From assembly GCA_021780195.1 (NCBI GenBank), contig JAJXZE010000002.1, positions 20,220-84,219 on the forward strand: a stretch of DNA of 64,000 bases, read 5' to 3'. The DNA is from a bacterium. Its GTDB lineage: Bacteria; Patescibacteriota; Minisyncoccia; UBA6257; 2-01-FULL-56-20. The translations under genes were made by a program, and so were the position numbers. The notes under the pieces are model-generated. The model had not been told where the DNA came from. It ran no database searches and saw nothing but the letters and a program-made list of their open reading frames with translations. This document shows, in pieces, positions 63,014-64,000 of the stretch. Within the stretch, counting starts at the first letter, position 1, and every line of letters begins with the position of its first letter.

Positions 63014-63418
63014 GTGGGCCTCATGGAGTCGATCCTCGACATCCTCGCCTGGTGGCGGCAGGAAATGATCATGCGCCTGAATGGCGCCAGGGTCCTTTTT
63101 AAGGAGGGCGAACTCTGGTGGTGTAGGGTGGGAGTAAACATAGGGGTTGAGATCTATGGCAAGGGGAGCGGGTTTGTCCGCCCGGTTCTGATATTCAAGA
63201 AATTCAGCGAAGAGTCGTTTCTCGCAATCCCATTGACCACCCAGAAGAAGCGCGGGAGCTGGTACGTCCCCATTCTATTTTCCGGGGAGGAGAGAATAGC
63301 GATTCTTTCGCAGGCTAGAACACTGGACGCCCGGCGCTTGGTAAGGAAGATCGGGGTCCTGGGGGGCGGCAGCTTGAGAAGGGTTCATGGGGCATTCACC
63401 TCGTTTTATACCTCGTAA
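63014..63418 (+). CDS. PemK/MazF-like toxin-fold protein (start uncertain)
   Basis: FKEGELWWCRVGVNIGVEIYGKGSGFVRPVLIFKKF...LAIPLTTQKK...LSQARTLDARRL fits the MazF/PemK pattern. No adjacent antitoxin ORF is seen. Confidence 0.55.
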   Translation: MGLMESILDILAWWRQEMIMRLNGARVLFKEGELWWCRVGVNIGVEIYGKGSGFVRPVLIFKKFSEESFLAIPLTTQKKRGSWYVPILFSGEERIAILSQARTLDARRLVRKIGVLGGGSLRRVHGAFTSFYTS

Positions 63419-63424
63419 AATCTT

Positions 63425-63563
63425 CACCCCGCCATGGGGCGGGGTGCGGTGGGTAATCCCAAAAATCCATTTTAGGATACCGCCCCTGGCACAAAAGTCA
63501 AAGTATTTTTAATGATTTTTTAATGTTCGAGTGAGTGGACACCCCGCCCGTAAGGGCGGGGTG
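63425..63563. repeat. GC-rich CACCCCGCC/GGCGGGGTG hairpins (REP-like)
   Basis: Hairpins at 63425-63446 (loop ATGG) and 63540-63563 (loop GTAA). A related copy lies at 59543-59561. Confidence 0.6.
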
Positions 63564-63739
63564 CTTCGTTCTGCGCGAGCTACCGCGCGGCCGGCACCAC
63601 GCGCCGCTTCCATTTTGCGGCCGGAGGGTTTAGCATATATGCATTATGGTTTAGCGTCTTTCATCTGCGGGTGAGGTTCTCCTGCGGCATTCACGGCTCG
63701 GGAGAAAATGGTAAATATATTTCAAATCAACCTACTCCA

Positions 63740-64000
63740 ATGAAAGACCCTGCGATCGAAAAGCTCTTAAAGAAGGAAGCCGAGCGGCAAAAGTATTCGC
63801 TCGATCTCATTCCCTCGGAAAACATTGTCTCGAAAGAGGTGCTCCGCGTCCTCGGTTCGGAGTTCACCAACAAATACGCGGAGGGATACCCCCGCGCGCG
63901 CTACTACGGCGGCAACGAATATGCGGACGAGCTCGAGGAGCTCTGCCGGGCGCGGGCACTCGCCGCATTCCGCCTCTCGCCCGCGAAGTGGCACGTGAAC
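63740..64000 (+). CDS. glyA: Serine hydroxymethyltransferase, 5' part (runs off the window end)
   Basis: MKDPAIEKLLKKEAERQKYSLDLIPSENIVSKEVLRVLGSEFTNKYAEGYPRARYYGG. Confidence 0.92.
   Translation, partial: MKDPAIEKLLKKEAERQKYSLDLIPSENIVSKEVLRVLGSEFTNKYAEGYPRARYYGGNEYADELEELCRARALAAFRLSPAKWHVN

Noticed and set aside
63480-63491. CCGCCCCTGGCA upstream of glyA, considered as the 3' half of a ZTP (pfl) riboswitch.
   Set aside because: It does not match CCGCCUGGGC exactly. I could not find the upstream GGGUCGUGAC/ACCGGG elements, and a hairpin repeat intervenes before glyA.

Overview
This is a 64-kb window from a high-G+C bacterium with a small-genome gene repertoire. The short YidC, the PrgI/VirB4/TrbC-like module, the LTD protein, the H+-PPase and the many secreted hypotheticals resemble Patescibacteria/CPR, but that placement is inference only. 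Three parts are visible.

(1) The chromosomal origin neighbourhood and housekeeping genes. The origin region is dnaN-dnaA with DnaA boxes, then rpmH-rnpA-yidC-jag. Housekeeping genes are tsaE, ruvB, pilB-like ATPase, yebC, ruvC, PBP1A, rsmA, pcrA/uvrD, LysM-M23, comM, dksA-type, yraN, nusA, hppA, clpP, tyrS, cobO-like, ftsH, dedA, folA, thyA, CYTH, dcd and glyA.

(2) A ~12-kb minus-strand operon (13.5-25.5 kb) of secreted and membrane proteins. It includes a PrgI-like protein, a VirB4 split into two ORFs, a VirB2/TrbC-like protein and a possible VirB6-like protein.

(3) An accessory segment of visibly lower G+C starting at tRNA-His (about 42.9-59.2 kb). It holds a duplicated tRNA 3' end, a repeat-flanked HTH-Fic cassette, a 940-aa GNAT fusion and a TrmB-type regulator.

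The headline is a nine-gene operon at 51.1-58.4 kb inside that segment. It encodes a DUF1257-like protein, a DUF2997-like protein, an orphan NrdG-like radical-SAM activase and a Ycf46-like AAA+ ATPase. These are followed by an HExxH protein, a small protein and a Cys-rich protein. The ATPase and the small protein end in the same heptapeptide, RRGGLKL. The operon has a ~730-nt structured leader and a ~800-nt structured non-coding insert, and a canonical type III hammerhead ribozyme lies downstream.

All family assignments come from motifs read by eye. No database search was run.
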